Of a DNA stretch of 64,000 bases, positions 63,229 to 64,000 are shown piece after piece. Source of the DNA: the human T2T-CHM13v2.0 reference genome, Homo sapiens. The DNA lies in NCBI RefSeq assembly GCF_009914755.1, contig NC_060939.1. The stretch is one strand, 5' to 3'. Position 1 is the stretch's first letter, and the number at the start of each line of letters is the position of its first letter. The notes under the pieces were generated by a model. It had not been told where the DNA came from, did no database searches, and saw nothing but the letters and a program-made list of their open reading frames with translations. The position numbers and the translations under genes are program-made.

Positions 63229-64000
63229 TCATAATGGCTACTATTAAAAAATTAAAAAACAATGGATGTTTCATGAGGTTGTGGAAAAAACAATGTTCAC
63301 ACACTGTTAGTGGGACTGTAAATTAGTTCAGCCACTGTGGAAAGCAGTTTGGAGATTTCTCAAAGAACTTATGAATAGAACTACCATTTGACCCAGCAAT
63401 CCCATTACTGTGTATATATCCAAAAGAAAACAAATTGTTCTACCAAAAAGATACCTGCTCCCTCATGTTCACTGCAGCACTATTTATAATAGCAAAGATG
63501 TGGAATCAACCTAGGTGCCTATCAGTGGTGGAATAAATAAAATGTGGTACATATACACCAAGGAATACTACATAGTCATACAAAAGAACAAAATCATGTC
63601 CTCTGCAGCAACATGGATGCAGCTGGAGGCCATTATCTTAAGCAAATTAATGCAGGAACGAAAAACAAAATACCGCATGTTCTTACTTGTAAGTGGGAGC
63701 TAAGTAATGAGTATGCATGAATGCAAAGATGAGAACAGTAGACACTGTGGACTCCAAAAGGGGATGGGAGGGAGGGGGACAAGGGATGAAAACCTAACCA
63801 TTGGATACCTGGGTAATGGGATCATTCATACCTAATACCTCAGCATCACACAATACACTAAGATAACAAACCTGCACGTTTTCCTGAATCTAAAATAAAA
63901 GTTGAAAATAAAATTAAAAGAAAAAAAGAACACTGTATGAACATGGTGGTTTCCTCTTTTTATCTCCCCTTTTCTCCTCATCCATGGCAATTTAAATTTA

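Noticed and set aside
63760-63778. G-quadruplex motif GGGGATGGGAGGGAGGGGG
   Set aside because: Real motif, but it is the ordinary G-rich tract of L1 3' UTRs and not locus-specific.

Overview
Mammalian (human-type, Alu/L1-rich) genomic DNA holding two convergent spliced genes. On the + strand are TM6SF1 exons 2-10 (exon 1 lies just before the window, and only the tail of a CpG-rich region is visible at 1-170). All nine exons have AG/GT boundaries, keep the frame, and end at TAA 28685-28687. On the - strand are HDGFL3 (HDGFRP3/HRP-3, a PWWP/HATH-domain protein) exons 2-6, with exon 1 beyond the right end and the stop at 31285-31287. The two stop codons are only ~2.6 kb apart. The rest is intronic, with about 30 Alu copies or fragments, L2/MIR relics, MaLR LTRs, hAT-Charlie and Tigger DNA-transposon relics, and a ~6 kb decayed L1 carrying nested insertions. 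From memory this is the human 15q25 TM6SF1/HDGFL3 locus (not verified here). Nearly all entries in the ORF track are repeat-derived or chance ORFs. I see no new multi-gene system. The most interesting structures are: (i) HDGFL3 exons 2-5 sum to 522 nt with phase-0 ends, so a back-spliced circle would be a stop-free endless frame; (ii) a ~190 bp locally templated copy inserted in a MER5A element with repair-like junctions; (iii) tail-to-tail 3' ends with a palindromic AATAAATTTATT two-way poly(A) signal; (iv) a triple DR1 nuclear-receptor element; (v) an almost abutting inverted Alu pair. Repeat subfamily names were assigned by eye and are provisional.
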